From contig OZ024745.1 of NCBI GenBank assembly GCA_964016885.1, positions 21,266,001-21,330,000 of the forward strand: a stretch of 64,000 nucleotides of DNA. Reading direction: 5' to 3'. Positions within the stretch are counted from its first letter, which is position 1. Each line of letters opens with the position of its first letter. The notes beneath the pieces were generated by a model, which had not been told where the DNA came from, searched no databases, and was given only the letters and a program-made list of their open reading frames with translations. Of this stretch, positions 41,797-56,905 are shown piece by piece. The position numbers were made by a program, and so were the translations under genes. This DNA comes from Eledone cirrhosa. Taxonomy: Eukaryota.

Positions 41797-41888
41797 TCCG
41801 TTTGTTATGAGATATTATACTCTGCTCTGTAAGAGCATCGAGTGCTCAAACAGCCTAACGCTTACGGACGCTTTAAGCATCCCACACC

Positions 41889-42012
<124 letters not shown>

Positions 42013-42093
42013 GGTAAATAGAAATAACAACACAATGGGTACAGTATATGGAAGGAATATATTAGGTTAACGCTAGAAATACCAGGAAGAGGA

Positions 42094-42129
42094 TCTTAAC
42101 GTTTCGGACGCTAGTCCTTCATCAGAAGA
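42094..42129 (-). ncRNA. Minimal hammerhead (family 2), intact
   Basis: Reverse complement TCTT-CTGATGA-A-GGAC TAGC GTCC-GAAA-CG-TT-AAGA. The host element 42005-42200 matches 54380-54567. Confidence 0.75.
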
Positions 42130-42254
42130 AAGAATGAGAAATAAGATAGATTGAAGGGACTGGTGGGTTGGAATTGAAAAAAATGGTTTTAGATAAAAAT
42201 AACAGGTTCATTCTTGTTGAAATCTCTTGGAAAACAAAAAACAAAAAATTATAC

Positions 42255-42430
42255 AGAAGTGACTTCTACAGGACTAGAACTTTCATTCGAAGGAAATTAT
42301 CAGGAAGCTTTGATGATTTTCTTCGAATGAAACAGTTCTAGTCCTGTAGAACCTACTTCTATATTTAATTTGTTGTATACACTCTACTAATGTATTGAGG
42401 ACCTTACTTACTTTGATTATCCCCGATATA
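42255..42430. mobile_element. Back-to-back degenerate hammerheads (family 9) centred on AAGCTT
   Basis: Consensus GCTTC-CTGATGA-TTTC CTTC GAAT-GAAA-CAG TTCTAGTC CTG-TA-GAAG. Other copies at 5649-5727 and 51178-51228. Confidence 0.6.
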
Positions 42431-43077
42431 TATATCCTTCGTGTTTTTTCATATGGTATTGATATAATTAGGTTATAATATACACAATCAACTAATGCTG
42501 CCTGGTTTCCAAAATATTACTGTTAATGATATTTTCGTTCAATATTTGCTGGAGACATTGTTTTCATGTTAAACTGATAAAACCAGAAACAAATATATTT
42601 TTATCGAGAGACGCCTAACGTGTATCAAATCTATTAAGAAATACCTGAACATAATTGCTAAATTTAGTGAAAGAGGTGAATCAATTAAGTGATGTGAGAA
42701 AACTAATAACAAATTTTCATATTGGCACAACACCACACATTTAAGAACAAAGAAGAAACATAGGTCCAGAAGGATTTGAAACTAAAACGAACTGGGATAT
42801 GATTAAACACTAATTTCTAACAGAGGTCCAACATCACGAATGTTTCCTGTACATAACATATGTCTCTGGACATTCTCCACGGTAATGCTATCTTGTCTGT
42901 GGTGAGGCACAGTTCGACTGTGCTGTTGTGTCTGTCCCTTACCCTCTCCCTTTATTTTGTTGCTTGATTCTTCTTTTCTTTTTCTTCTTTCCATTTCCTT
43001 CTTTTGCGCCCTATTATGTTTTTTCTTTGTTTTTGCATAAACATTTTTGAAAAATAAAATTTCGAACTCCCAGTACA

Positions 43078-43123
<46 letters not shown>

Positions 43124-43473
43124 GCACACACAGCCTGAGCTCAGCCGAAACGGCCGGAGTTCAGCCGTCGGGGTCCTATTACCCACTCTACTACCAAGTA
43201 TCGAGTACTTTGGGGCGCTATTGTCAAACTGGTTACTTACCACACTTCCTTCGTTATACACACACTCACACACACTTATATACACATATATATATATAAA
43301 TGTATATATAGTGTATTTTGCAATACACTATATATATCGCTATTTCAGACCACCAATTCTTCTTTTCAATTTTTGCTTGACCGGCAACCGTTCTGTGTAT
43401 TCAGTTCCTGATTATTACTGGAATTCTATAAGAATCCAACATACATAATTTTCAGCAGACAGACGGAGTAGCT

Positions 43474-43518
43474 AGCTTTGATAAGTACCAAAAAGTACGA
43501 AACAGAGTTATGTCAGCT
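43474..43518 (+). ncRNA. Hammerhead, family 10, U3-A8 variant
   Basis: AGCT-TTGATAA-GTAC CAAAAA GTAC-GAAA-CAGAGTTATG-TC-AGCT. Confidence 0.7.
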
Positions 43519-43844
43519 TTATCTCTCCGGTTTGCTAAAAATTGAAGTAAGTGAGGCTGTCACTACTCTAAAACAATAGCGTAAGGTCTTCGAAATGCTT
43601 TTAATTAAGCATACAGTGTATTGCAAAATACACTATATATACATTCATATATATATCGCTACTTCACAGCACCAATTCTAATTTATAAATATATATATAT
43701 ATATATATATATTAGAAAGTGAGGGTTTTTTTACAAAATGAAAAATAACCGGTGTCCTACACGAGTGAAAGTATAAAGAAAAAAATATGAAATCGAAAAT
43801 GCAACTGGAGTCTTATTTTTAAAAAAATATATATATTTATTTGG

Positions 43845-43886
43845 TTCCTTTACCGGTTTCGCAGTTCTTCTGCTTTTCAAAAGTAG
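43845..43886 (-). ncRNA. Possible minimal hammerhead, U3-A8 core
   Basis: Reverse complement CTACTT-TTGAAAA-GCAG AAGAA CTGC-GAAA-CCGG-TA-AAGGAA. Palindromic ACCGGT; stem I is short. Confidence 0.5.
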
Positions 43887-44213
43887 AGTTGAGATGGAGG
43901 GTCTGTGGTTTTTCTCACATCTGAGATATATATATATATATATAAGTTATATTCTCCTCACTACACCCAACCTAGGCGTTTGTTGTCCGCTCTCGTTCCC
44001 AACATGGTAACGATGTAAGAAAACTGTAAAATGATAGTAAAAAAGTATCTCTATCTCTCAAAGAGGAAAATTATTGCGTAAAAATAACAATGGTATATTA
44101 TTAGAAAAAATATATGTAAGTTTAATTAGTTTTTATGATTCTAAGGAAGCAAAAAGCAGTAAGGAAATTAAATGCCGACAGAAGCCTTGTGGGCAGAAAC
44201 GTTTCCGCACACA

Positions 44214-44460
44214 TACGAGGGTTGAGTGATGCTAGCTCTGTAAAATCTTGCATACATTCATTTTAACTATTCTTAGTAATAACTAATTTGAAGACCTTAC
44301 GCTATTGTTTTAAAGTAGTGACTATGTCACTTACTTCTTTTTTCAATAAACAAAGGGAGATAAGCTGACAGATCTCTGTTTCATACTGTAAATAAACCTC
44401 ATTTTGTCATTCCAGGAGAGTATCTTGGTCAGCCTATGAGCTTTTCCGACGCTCTTATGT
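44214..44460 (-). mobile_element. Mariner-type MITE copy interrupted by a family 10 hammerhead-element fragment (44288-44389)
   Basis: TACGAGGG end, plus the reverse complement of GCTGACCAAGATACTCTC..GAGGTTTATTT. The insert matches 50730-50780 and the reverse complement of 50856-50900. Confidence 0.65.
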
Positions 44461-45204
44461 TACTGTAAAGCTCCAAATTGAAGAACATTCAAATTTCACG
44501 AAACTGTGTTCGTATAGAGCAGCAAATTGACAGAGTCGTTAGAAAAGCTGGATCGAATGCTTTGCGGTATTCGTTCCGACTGTCTGCGCCTTGAGTTCAA
44601 AATCTCATGCTGTCTGGTTTTGCTCATAAAATATGTCCAGCGATTCTTTCCTGAGTCATTCTAACCCCATGTCCATAGTATCGGAGCTGAGATTTCTTAA
44701 TTCGTACATGATCAACAAATATTTTTAGCGGTAGTATAGCGACGGCGTTTTACTCTTTTGTTATAATTCGAAGGAACTTAAGAAAACATTCACTATAACC
44801 AAGATATCTGCATTAAAAATATCACTCTATCATACCATGGGGAGCTAAATACTCGACATGAATGTGTCCGTAACCTTATAGGTATATGCCTCTTGACAAA
44901 ATTAAAATTTAAAACCTTTCCTTTCATTGAAGAAAAATGATACAGAGAAAATACATTCTGTAATTAAAGAACCTTAACGTCAATAAACGAAGATTTAGCT
45001 AATTATTCTAGATTATAACATAAAACATATGAGTTTTCAAGACGTAATTCTTAACTTCAACTAAACTTTATATTTCCCCTTTCCTAGAAAATTAAATGAG
45101 CATTGACTGAAAAGTTCATAGATTAACCAAGATACTCTCATGGAATGACCAAATGAAGTTTATTTTTCAACATAGTCCTTGGAAAGAAACAATGCAATTC
45201 ACCG

Positions 45205-45480
45205 CCTATAATGTAGACTCTACTCAGTTATATAACTATAGTGTAGATTTTACATACTTATATAACTATAGTTTTGATTTTACATACTTATATAACTATA
45301 GTTTTGATTTTACATACTTATATAACTATAGTTTTGATTTTATATACTTATATAACTATAGTTTTGATTTTATATACTTATATAACTATAGTGTAGATTT
45401 TACACAGCTATATAACTATAGTGTAGATTTTACACAGCTATATAACTATAATGTAGCCTCTACACAGTTATATAACCATA
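45205..45480. repeat. 30-bp minisatellite (9 units)
   Basis: Unit TATAACTATAGT(G/T)T(A/T)GATTTTACATACTTA. Confidence 0.93.
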
Positions 45481-46210
45481 GTTTCCACTTTATCCACTAT
45501 TATTTTACTTCTATAATTTCATAATTTTCCTTAACTGTCTTATCTTACAGTAACATTCTTATCTTAAAACGAAACACGATAAACCTACAACAATACATAA
45601 TTTATCATATTAAATACGTATATAACAAATAATCTTTAACTTATAATCTGAAAACTATGCTAATATCGAGATTACATTTTACATTCTACATCCATTATAT
45701 TTCATTAGACTAGTAGAAATACCTTCAAACGGGTGGTTTTCTGATACTGATACTATGTGTGAGCGTCTAGATCAGAGCTGCATAGAGCAGAGTAACTCCT
45801 ATTATTGCTTCACGTATGCACAATCCAGATATTTTGATCAGTTACGGAAGAACACATCGTTTGTTTATGTTTTGCTTCGTATTTTTTTTTTTTTCTTTTG
45901 CATTTGACAAGGAGCTCGTAACCCTGAAATATTATGTTGAAATAAGCTGGGTAAGATAATTATTACTTTGTTTTATTTTATTTGTCACCCTTTTCCCTTT
46001 ATGCATTTCTACACTGTCGTAACGCCGTATCAACCTTCTATTACATATCACACAATGCTTGATATTATATATATCCAAGACCACCCATGACCTGTTGGGT
46101 CACGTTCACAAAAAAATCTAAAAAAAAAAAATCATGTTCACTTCAAAATAATTTTTAAATAATTAAAATATACACAGACATGTATATATTGTAAAATGAA
46201 ATTTGAAGGC

Positions 46211-46267
<57 letters not shown>

Positions 46268-46272
<5 letters not shown>

Positions 46273-46506
46273 ATAATAATAAATTTGAAGACTAAAATCC
46301 AAAGAGGGCTCGATAAGGATAAATATATATCAAATATATAAGAACCGTAGAGCAAATATTTATTAAAATAACAGATTAAAGTTTAAGCAAAGAATCACTG
46401 CTTTCACCCTTAACGGGATCTTCTGAAACTGAGTTTCAGAAGATCCCGTTAAGGGTGAAAGCAGCGATTCTTTGCTTAAACTTTAATCTGTTATTTTAAT
46501 AAATAT
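46268..46506. mobile_element. Fold-back element with back-to-back family 4 hammerheads (46380-46430 minus, 46432-46482 plus)
   Basis: Near-perfect palindrome centred on 46431. Both arms read AGTTT-CAGAAGA-TCCCGTTAAGGGT-GAAA-GCA..TGC-TT-AAACT. Flanked by (TA)n. Confidence 0.78.
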
Positions 46507-46956
46507 ATATATATATATATATATAAAATAAAGTAAAATAAAAAGTGGTAAAGGAACAAAATAACTAAAAAAGGGAAGTTTGACATTTTTTTGTTATTTT
46601 GTTCTTTTACCACCTTGTTCCTTTTACCACTTTATCAATTTGTTAAGCTAACTCCAACAATAACAACACTACCAACACAAGAATTGAGGTCAGATGTACC
46701 TAACAATAACAAGAACAACAACTACAGATTGGCTTGCTCAGAACGAACTTCTATAGACTTTTGAATGAGGAATGTTCTAACAACTGACCAATGAGAGGAG
46801 AAGAGGCCCTTTGACACTGAAATTGGTTTGTTGGAATTCATATGATTCCAGTTCCTCAGTGAAATAACAACCCAACCAGGAACTGGGCATATCAGAGTAT
46901 TGACAAAATTATACACCTCAACAACATATGTACTTGTCTATACCACACTAATACGG

Positions 46957-47011
46957 ACTGCCTGAAGAGGTCACAGCCAAAGATGGCTGTCACCGAAATA
47001 TATATAGCAGT
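46957..47011 (+). ncRNA. Type I hammerhead ribozyme (single copy)
   Basis: ACTGC-CTGAAGA-GGTCACAGCCA AAGA TGGCTGTCACC-GAAA-TATATA-TA-GCAGT. Predicted cut after 47006. Confidence 0.8.
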
Positions 47012-47152
47012 AATAATCGAAGCTAAATTTTAAACATTTGACTTTTTATTTTACTTTATTTTACATTACTCCGGAGTAACCAAACCAACCTGCGCACTTC
47101 GTCGAGTGCTCCAGCCTGCATACTGAGGTGTTGGTATACAACCAACATATAC

Positions 47153-47184
<32 letters not shown>

Positions 47185-47235
47185 TATTTGTGTGTGTGGG
47201 GGTGGGTGGGTGTCTGTGACATATATGCACTGGTC

Positions 47236-47271
<36 letters not shown>

Positions 47272-47532
47272 TTATATATATATACATATATATTCTCATA
47301 TACACACAAATTTATTAACGCTTCCTATTTAGCAGGAAATATTCGCTAAACACATCCTGTCTTAACACGAGTTATATGATACATGTGACTTAATATTCAG
47401 TTACCAAATTTTAACTAGATACAGTAATGATGTATTAGATTCTTTGAAGTCACCTGTTATAATTTCATTCAACAACACCACCAGCAATCTTTCTCTTCCT
47501 TTTTCCTTCTTTGTTTCCTTCTTTCTCTCTCC

Positions 47533-47633
<101 letters not shown>

Positions 47634-48192
47634 AATCTACTCTCTCACAATGACTATCACTTTTTCTTTATATTTCACTCTCTCTATTTATGAAGGTACC
47701 CGGAAAAACCCCGTATCTCGGGAGCCGTGGTCTGATTTACGCGAAACTTGTTTTATTTCATTTGTATTCCAATTTCAGAGGCATGGTCCTGTCAAATTAT
47801 TTTCCCATTATGCGCCGTTTTGGCTCATATGTGTGTATGTATGTGCGTTTGTGTTCCTCTGTGTGTGGATATGTGTGTAAATATGTATCCATGATTATAC
47901 ATACATGCATGCATAATCCGATGTGTAGAATAATGTATTCTACACCATGGTTATACACATTGAATTCTACTTCACTTCATCATTTGTATATCTACTATAT
48001 GGTGGTTTGACTTATCGCATGTGTATATATTTATACATACATACATACATACATAGATACATACATGCATAGATATATACATACATATATATACATACAT
48101 ACATATATACATACATATATACATACATACATACATACATACATACATACATACATACATACATACATACATACATACATACATACATGTGA

Positions 48193-48352
48193 AGGCGCAT
48201 GGCTTAGTGGTTAGAGCATTGGGCTTGCAATCGAAAGGTTGTGAGTTCAATTCTCTGACCGGGTGATGTGTTGTTTCCTTGAGCAAGACACTTTATTTCA
48301 CGTTGCTCCAGTTTACTCAGCTGTAGAAAGGAGATGATAGGACTGGGGTCCT
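48193..48352 (+). mobile_element. SINE family B
   Basis: A-box TGGCTTAGTGG at 48200, B-box GAGTTCAATTC at 48243, CORE-like CCTTGAGCAAGACACTT. Confidence 0.88.
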
Positions 48353-48859
48353 TATCATTAAATTACTCAAGACACCTCCAACAAGATATACCTTGGAGGA
48401 GGCCAGCTAAACCTGCATAGGTGTGAGCTGTCACACACACACACATGCATACATACCTACATTAATTCATTCATACATACATACATAGATTCCTACATAC
48501 ATACATAGATTCCTACATACATACATACATACATGGTGGCTGCCAACTCGTTTTCGAGTATGGCCACTACTTTATATCCATGTAGGAGAACCCCGACCGA
48601 TGCGCTGAACGAGTGTGACTTTTTAGTCCAGCTAGCGACTTGAAAACTCTGGTACAAACACTACACTTGTGACAATTATTGACACATAGTGCTGGGCCCA
48701 TGGTACCATGTGACAAGTGCAGAGAGATCTCTAGATATAAAGCAATGCCTGTGCCGTGAAGCTTTTATAGTGAGCAAAGGCACTGCACAAAGCCAGTCCC
48801 ACTCTCTTAACCAAGATGATATTTACCAAAAAGAAGAACAAGTCAACATCATTGGATAC

Positions 48860-49135
48860 CATCAGGGTTGCAGGTGTTATATCAGAGTTTTCCTTCTCCT
48901 AGAATTCTGCCTTGACAAAGGCTAAGGGGTCATCTCTCCCGGTGATTTTGGATGGCCATTGACTCTTAAGAGCTCCTTTGCCCTTTGACAGGTTTTGTTT
49001 TTAGTCCTGCAGGATGTCCAAAGTCACCCTCCTCACCAAGAAACCTTGGTGGGGTTGCCAGTTTAGTCTCCAACGACCCGACCATGGGACAGGTTGTACT
49101 GGAATACATGTTACCAGTAGCACCAACTGGTGACC
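48860..49135 (-). mobile_element. Possible RTE LINE 5' region
   Basis: Reverse complement contains CTAGGAGAAGGAAAACTCTGA, a motif I recall from RTE/BovB-like 5' regions. No coding evidence. Confidence 0.4.
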
Positions 49136-49736
49136 TGACATACATACATACATACATACATACATACATACATACATACATACATACATGGGTATGTATG
49201 TATGTGGTTACTGTTGTTGTAGTTACTGTTGTTGTGGTTACTGTTGTTATGGTTACTGTTATTGTGGTTACTGTTGTTGTGGTTACTGTTGTGGTGGTTA
49301 CTGTTATGATGGTTACTGGTGTTATAGTTACTTTTGTGTTGTTACTGTTGTTGTGGTTACTGTTGTTGTGGTTACTGTTGTGGTGGTTACTGTTATGATG
49401 GTTACTGGTGTTATAGTTACTTTTGTTGTTGAACTGTTGTTGTGGTTACTGTTGTTGTGGTTACTGTTGTGGTGGTTACTGTTGTGATGGTTACTGGCGT
49501 TATAGTTACTTTTGTTGTTGTTACTGTTGTGGTGGTTACTGTTGTTGTTGTTGTTGTAGTTACTGTAGTTTCACATGAAGCAGCTTGATCATATTTGCAT
49601 GGTTTTCCCACTGGAGTGCAATAGTGACAGGTCTTTAAACATCGGTGTATCTGTGTACGATATCGGGTGTTCTTAATTGCATCTGGGAGGCCCAAATGAA
49701 TTTCGGATGAATTTGACCTTGCAAGGGGAAAGCCGC

Positions 49737-50540
<804 letters not shown>

Positions 50541-50628
50541 GTGTGTATCTATATGTATGCATATGCAGAAAATATATACGTAGGTGTGAAAAAGGAAAAA
50601 GGAAAACCGTGCTCAATCGGAAAAAGAG

Positions 50629-50676
<48 letters not shown>

Positions 50677-50685
50677 TATATATAT

Positions 50686-50997
50686 AGTGTATTTGGCAAT
50701 ACACTGTATGCTTAATTAAAAGAATTTTGAAGACCTTACGCTATTGTTTTAAAGTAGTGATTATGTCACTTACTTCTTTTTCAACGAATTCTATAAGAAT
50801 CCAACATTCATAATTTTCAACAAACAAAGGGAATGCTAAGCTCTGAGGAATACCAACAGTATGAAACAGAGATCTGTCAGCTTATCTCCCTTTGTTTGCT
50901 GAAAAAAGAAGTAAGTGACATAGTCACTACTTTAAAACAATAGCGTAAGTCTTCAAAGTGCTTTTAATTAAGCATACAGTGTATTGCCAAATATAGT
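50686..50997. mobile_element. Fold-back element (about 95-bp arms) with hammerhead in the spacer (family 10)
   Basis: 50686-50782 pairs with 50900-50997. Flanked by (TA)n. Relative at 43305-43640. Confidence 0.78.
50821..50898 (+). ncRNA. Type I hammerhead ribozyme (family 10), canonical
   Basis: CAAACAAAGGGA-atgc-TAAGCT-CTGAGGA-ATAC CAACA GTAT-GAAA-CAGA GA TCTG-TC-AGCTTA-tc-TCCCTTTGTTTG. Predicted GUC cut after 50878. Confidence 0.87.
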
Positions 50998-51006
50998 ATA
51001 CATATA

Positions 51007-51096
<90 letters not shown>

Positions 51097-51177
51097 TTTA
51101 TCCCGGGTTCAATCGGGGGTAACCACAGTAAGTAAGGTACTCAATACAAAGCAGAGTATAAATATCTAATATAGAAA

Positions 51178-51228
51178 GGCTTACACAGGACTAGAACTGT
51201 TTCATTTTGGAGAAATCATCAGGAAGCC
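51178..51228 (-). ncRNA. Hammerhead family 9, cleavage triplet mutated (GUG)
   Basis: Reverse complement GGCTTC-CTGATGA-TTTCTCCAAAAT-GAAA-CAG..CTG-TG-TAAGCC. Confidence 0.5.
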
Positions 51229-51251
51229 CTGATATATATATAAATATTATT

Positions 51252-51365
<114 letters not shown>

Positions 51366-52799
51366 ATATATATGTATGTATGAATCCTAGATTACACTAT
51401 CTAATATGTCCTTTTTTAATAGGGATGAGTGCTGAGTAATTTGAGGGAGAATTTTTAGCCAGTCACACAACCACTTGGAAGCTCTCTGTATGTTATGGCA
51501 GCGATGTAGTAATAATGGTTCTCGTGGTAGTGTTAATGGTGGTGGAGACACTACTGCAATAATAGGGTCACTATGCGCTGATATTTTGATATTCTCTTTC
51601 TATTTTTTTTGGTGTTTGTTTTCATGGGGCTTTCGCGAAGACCCTTCGAAATCTTGTAGTGATTTTTACATTTCGAAATAAGAGTTATTCTTTGACGGCT
51701 GCTTCATAATTATTAACTCATCACATGCCCAGGGGAAATATCCAGACTGTCAAAAGTGTGCCCTTAATAGATTAAGTTCGCATCACTTACTCATATGTGG
51801 GAAAATATGAAAAATCAAAACAAAAAGAACATCAACCGCAAAAAGAAACATGAATCAATAAAACAACATGAGATAGAATAAGGATAAACAGATCATATTG
51901 CTTGGATTGTTGTCTTTGTTTAATCTAATCCATTGTATCTAGTTTATATCTCTAACATCCTTCAGATGACAACCCCTTTCCCACAACAAATCAGACAGTC
52001 ATTAGAAACGTGTGTTGGTGTGATGGTCTACCGTACTTGTATGTATATATGGCTATCTACCTTTTATCGTAAAATCACATAATCTTTAACTCTACAAAAT
52101 ATTTCAGCAATTCTAGTTTGGTCCCTGCCTCCGTCTCTCTCGCTCGCCCCATATTTCACTAATATAAGCAAATGACGGCCTATGCGCTGGCTGCTCCGCG
52201 GTCCCAGCGGACAGAATAGAGAAGGCGGACGGTCATTATATCGTAAATTCCATTTTATTTGTAGATTTTTTTTCAGATTTCTTTGTTTTATCTTAAATAT
52301 GTATCTCATCTATAACAGCCGTCGTTGTTGTGCTTGTTGTCGTGCTTGTTGTCGAAGTTGTTGTTTAGCTATGTCAGGCTTGATTGAGCGAATCCAGGAA
52401 AATTGTCACAAAAGAAATAAACATCACATGCTATTTAAATGCTATAAGAATATATCATAACAGCCCTATTTTTATTTGTTTTTTAAATTTATCTCCCTTT
52501 GGTAAAAGTTAGAATGATTTTGTCATAATTCTGTTCATCGAGATTGCACATACCTATTAACAAAGATAGTCCAGCCATGGCTACATCGCCTTTACTTATC
52601 AGATATCTAGGACACCAATATACTCTTTCTTTCTTGAAAATGTTGAAGTGAAATTTGACTGGGGGGTTTGGCGCTATTTCTAGCAGGCATCGAATGACCA
52701 TATATAGAGAAAAACAACATAATTATTAGACTGGTAATACTGGAAAAATTAGTAGCGTTTAGAAATGACTTTAACAACTGTGGTCACGTGCCATCCCAA

Positions 52800-53010
52800 T
52801 AATGGTTTTTGATTTAGGCACAAGGCCAACAATTTTGGGGGAGGGGAAAGTTGATTAAATCGACCCAAGCGCATTACTGGTACTTTATTTTATCGACCTC
52901 GTTAGAATGAAACGCAAAGCTAACCTTGGTGGGATTTGAACTTCAAGAGCCGTAACTCAATGCCACGAACCAAGTTGTCCGACGTTCTACCGATACTTCC
53001 CATCCACCTC
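52800..53010 (-). mobile_element. SINE family A, older subfamily
   Basis: GGCACAAGGCC..CTGGTACTTTATTTTATCGACC..GGGATTTGAACT. Similar copies at 34160-34380, 35205-35340(+) and 53519-53655. Confidence 0.75.
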
Positions 53011-54090
53011 CCTTGCTCCACCTCAATAATGAACTTTAGCGTGAATGACAGGTTGTTAAGAAATTCACTTTTCAATGATGTGCAAATGTTTTTACTAAAG
53101 TCAGCGTTTGACCAAAGCCATTTGATTCAAATTGAGTTGAAGAAATTTGTATGGAAGCCTGTCGGATAAATTGTACCAAAAATTCAAATGGTGTATTACA
53201 TATTTTGTCACGCTGAATAAGAGCTGAATACTAATTACGTGTCTGTGGAATACTCAACCACTTTCACATTAATTCACAAGCTGGACGTTCAATTTGATTG
53301 AACAAACGAATGCTCATCGTCGAAACAGATGAAGAACATATTATAATATACACTTCTTCTTTATCCCGTAACTCACGTGTGAGTCAGAAGGACGCCATAG
53401 TGGTACACTGCGTTTCTTGGGCATTTTAAAGCTTGGTGGAGTCCATCTTTTCACCAGGTCTGACCACAGCTTTTCTTCTAGACGGGAAGAGAGAGAGAGA
53501 GAGAGAGAGAGAGATAGCAGAATCGATCCCCAGTACTTGACTAGTTTGTTTAACGATTTGAATAGATGAAAGACAAAGTTGACCTGGGCGAGGATTCGAA
53601 TTCAGAGAACAGAGAGCTGATACGAATAGCTCAAAGCTTTCTATTCAACGTTCTAACATACACTACAACATTGGAAATACATTGAAATAATTTCAACTGC
53701 GCAGAAACTATTCCATATTATCTGAAAACGTGTGTTGAAACAGATGTTGTTATAATTTGGGAGTGTCATGCTGCCTATAGAAACACTTCAATGTATTATT
53801 ATATTTTCTCCGTCGGTTAGTTTAATAACCGGATGGGTGTTTATTTGTTGATTGTCAAAGCTCATTTGACCTCTTCAATGGCTAATTTTGTTGTTATTTG
53901 TGTCTCTTCTTCGTTCTGTTTTACATTATCATGTCTTTGAGAAATACAACTGAATCATTTACCCCGTCCATTATCACACCTCTAGATTCCTATCGCTTTC
54001 ACTTGGTCATAGATTCGTACTTACATGCACACACACACTCTTTTACTCACATATATACACACATTTCTTCTTAGCTTCGTACGGACCTAT

Positions 54091-54212
<122 letters not shown>

Positions 54213-54443
54213 ATGCTTACGCATGTGCTCAAGTATAGCTCTTTTTACAAAACGTTTTTTTTCCATTTCAGGTAGACGCGCCATCATCCACTTTTCTAAA
54301 AACAAATCATACACAAAACGCCAACATCAACAGTTTTGCAAGAGATGTCAACATGAATGGACCTATTATTTTTATATAAAGACATTTTTTCCATTCCAAT
54401 TGAATCCCACTCGTCCCCTCAATCTATTTTATTTCTCATTATT

Positions 54444-54479
54444 TCTTCTGGTGAAGGACTAGCGTCCGAAACGTTAAGA
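54444..54479 (+). ncRNA. Minimal hammerhead (family 2) with A6G core mutation
   Basis: TCTT-CTGGTGA-A-GGAC TAGC GTCC-GAAA-CG-TT-AAGA. Confidence 0.6.
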
Positions 54480-54566
54480 CCCTCTTCCTGCTATATCAAG
54501 CGTTAACCTAATATATACTATCCCTATACTGTACCGATTGTGTTGTTATTTCTGTTTACCTTTTAC

Positions 54567-54603
<37 letters not shown>

Positions 54604-55082
54604 GGGGGGGGGGTTACATATATATGTATGTATATATATGTGTGTGTATATATATATGTGTGTATTTGTGTGGATGTGTGTGTATGTGTGTATATTCCGG
54701 GTTTAATCGGGGGGTAACCACAGTAAGTAAGGTACTCAATACATCGCATATAGTTCTTTACGATTTTTAACCTGGCTTCACTGCTTTTTCCATTTCTTTC
54801 ATAATTCTCCATGAAAAAAATATTGCTTTGTCGTGCCCTTTTATGCTTTTCTGCTCTTCTCTCTCTCTCTCTCTCTCTGCATTTCTCTGGTTTCTCATCA
54901 TATGCTTTAAATTATCTTTTTTTTTTCATTCTGTCTCTCTTTTCCCCTTCTCTGACGGTTCTTCCGATCTTATGAGGATATTTTAACCCGACTTTTCCTA
55001 TGTATAATATCTGGTTGCTGTTTTCACAGCAACTTCCGCCATTGAGATTCATACAATTTTGTGATTTTTCATATATATATAC

Positions 55083-55130
<48 letters not shown>

Positions 55131-55153
55131 GCATTTTTCCATTACCATTACAA

Positions 55154-55242
55154 GGGGTCTGACGAGCCGTGGATTACAGAGTCGGGTCAGATCGATACAG
55201 ATCGAACCTTGAGCTGATCAGTGGCGAAACGCGCATCAACAA
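55154..55242 (+). ncRNA. Hammerhead with large stem II insert (family 8)
   Basis: CTGACGA-GCC..about 54 nt..GGC-GAAA-CGCGCA-TC. The insert resembles the 41708-41796 copy; stem I is poor. Confidence 0.5.
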
Positions 55243-55289
55243 CAAATAAATATAATGAAGGAGTAACCAATAGTCCTTGTTATTTTATT

Positions 55290-55447
<158 letters not shown>

Positions 55448-55665
55448 CTTGATTTAAAAAACGAATAAAAAAAACTATACAAAATATATAATGTTCATAC
55501 ATTTTTAGTGACGAGACGCTGAATTTGTTGAAAGCGTTGTAACTTTTAAAGTTTGGTTTCAACTAACATTCGCGCATTTGCACACATATACACGCACACC
55601 GACAGACACACACATATCTATATACATACATGTATATATATATATACATATATACACACATATAT

Positions 55666-55698
<33 letters not shown>

Positions 55699-55747
55699 CA
55701 GACATATACATATATATAAACAGACATATATATATATATATATATAT

Positions 55748-55936
55748 ATAGGAACCAGTAAGACCCCGACAGCTGAGCTCAAGCCGTTTCGACGGCTAAT
55801 TCTCAGAATTAGCCGTCGAAACGGCTTGAGCTCAGCTGTCGGGGTCTTACTGGTTCCTATTACCCACTCTACTACCTCAAGTATTGAGTACTTTGGTGCG
55901 TTATGGTCCACCTGGTTCCTTATCACATTTCCTTCG

Positions 55937-55938
<2 letters not shown>
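55748..55938. mobile_element. Perfect palindromic half-hammerhead element (family 5) with 3' tail
   Basis: 56-bp perfect arms centred on 55804, flanked by (TA)n. Confidence 0.78.
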
Positions 55939-56029
<91 letters not shown>

Positions 56030-56038
56030 GACATATAA

Positions 56039-56127
<89 letters not shown>

Positions 56128-56178
56128 CATATACATATCTATATATATATATATACAAACATATACATATATATATAT

Positions 56179-56265
<87 letters not shown>

Positions 56266-56581
56266 TATGTATATATGTATGTATGTATTCATATTATTAT
56301 TATCATCATCATCATCATCATCATTACTAGTACGAATATGGAAGTCGATAAAATTAGTTTATTACGAGATCGTAATATCGGCGTTCATTTAATTGCAGTA
56401 CTTCTAACTCGTTATACAACTTAATTAGACTCACAGAGTGTGATGAAAACTTGTTAATATGATTATTACGTTACGTAAACCGAAGATTAATATCGTTATA
56501 ATAAAAATTACTGCAACAATACCATGAATACTAATAGTAATAATAATTATGATGATAATAATAAAAATAATAATAACAATA

Positions 56582-56630
<49 letters not shown>

Positions 56631-56845
56631 TAATGATGATAATGATGATGATGATGATGACGATGACGATAATGATAATGATGATGATGATAATGATAAT
56701 GATGATGATATAACAAGTATTAATATTATTAGAAAACTCTCACAACCCAAGTGCAATGTATGCGTACTCTCATGTAGACATACATGCTTACATAAATACA
56801 AACACACACATATATGTATATATATATATATATACACCCACGCAT

Positions 56846-56905
<60 letters not shown>

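Noticed and set aside
48193-48265. tRNA gene
   Set aside because: The A/B boxes belong to a SINE head that continues into a CORE-like domain; no complete cloverleaf.
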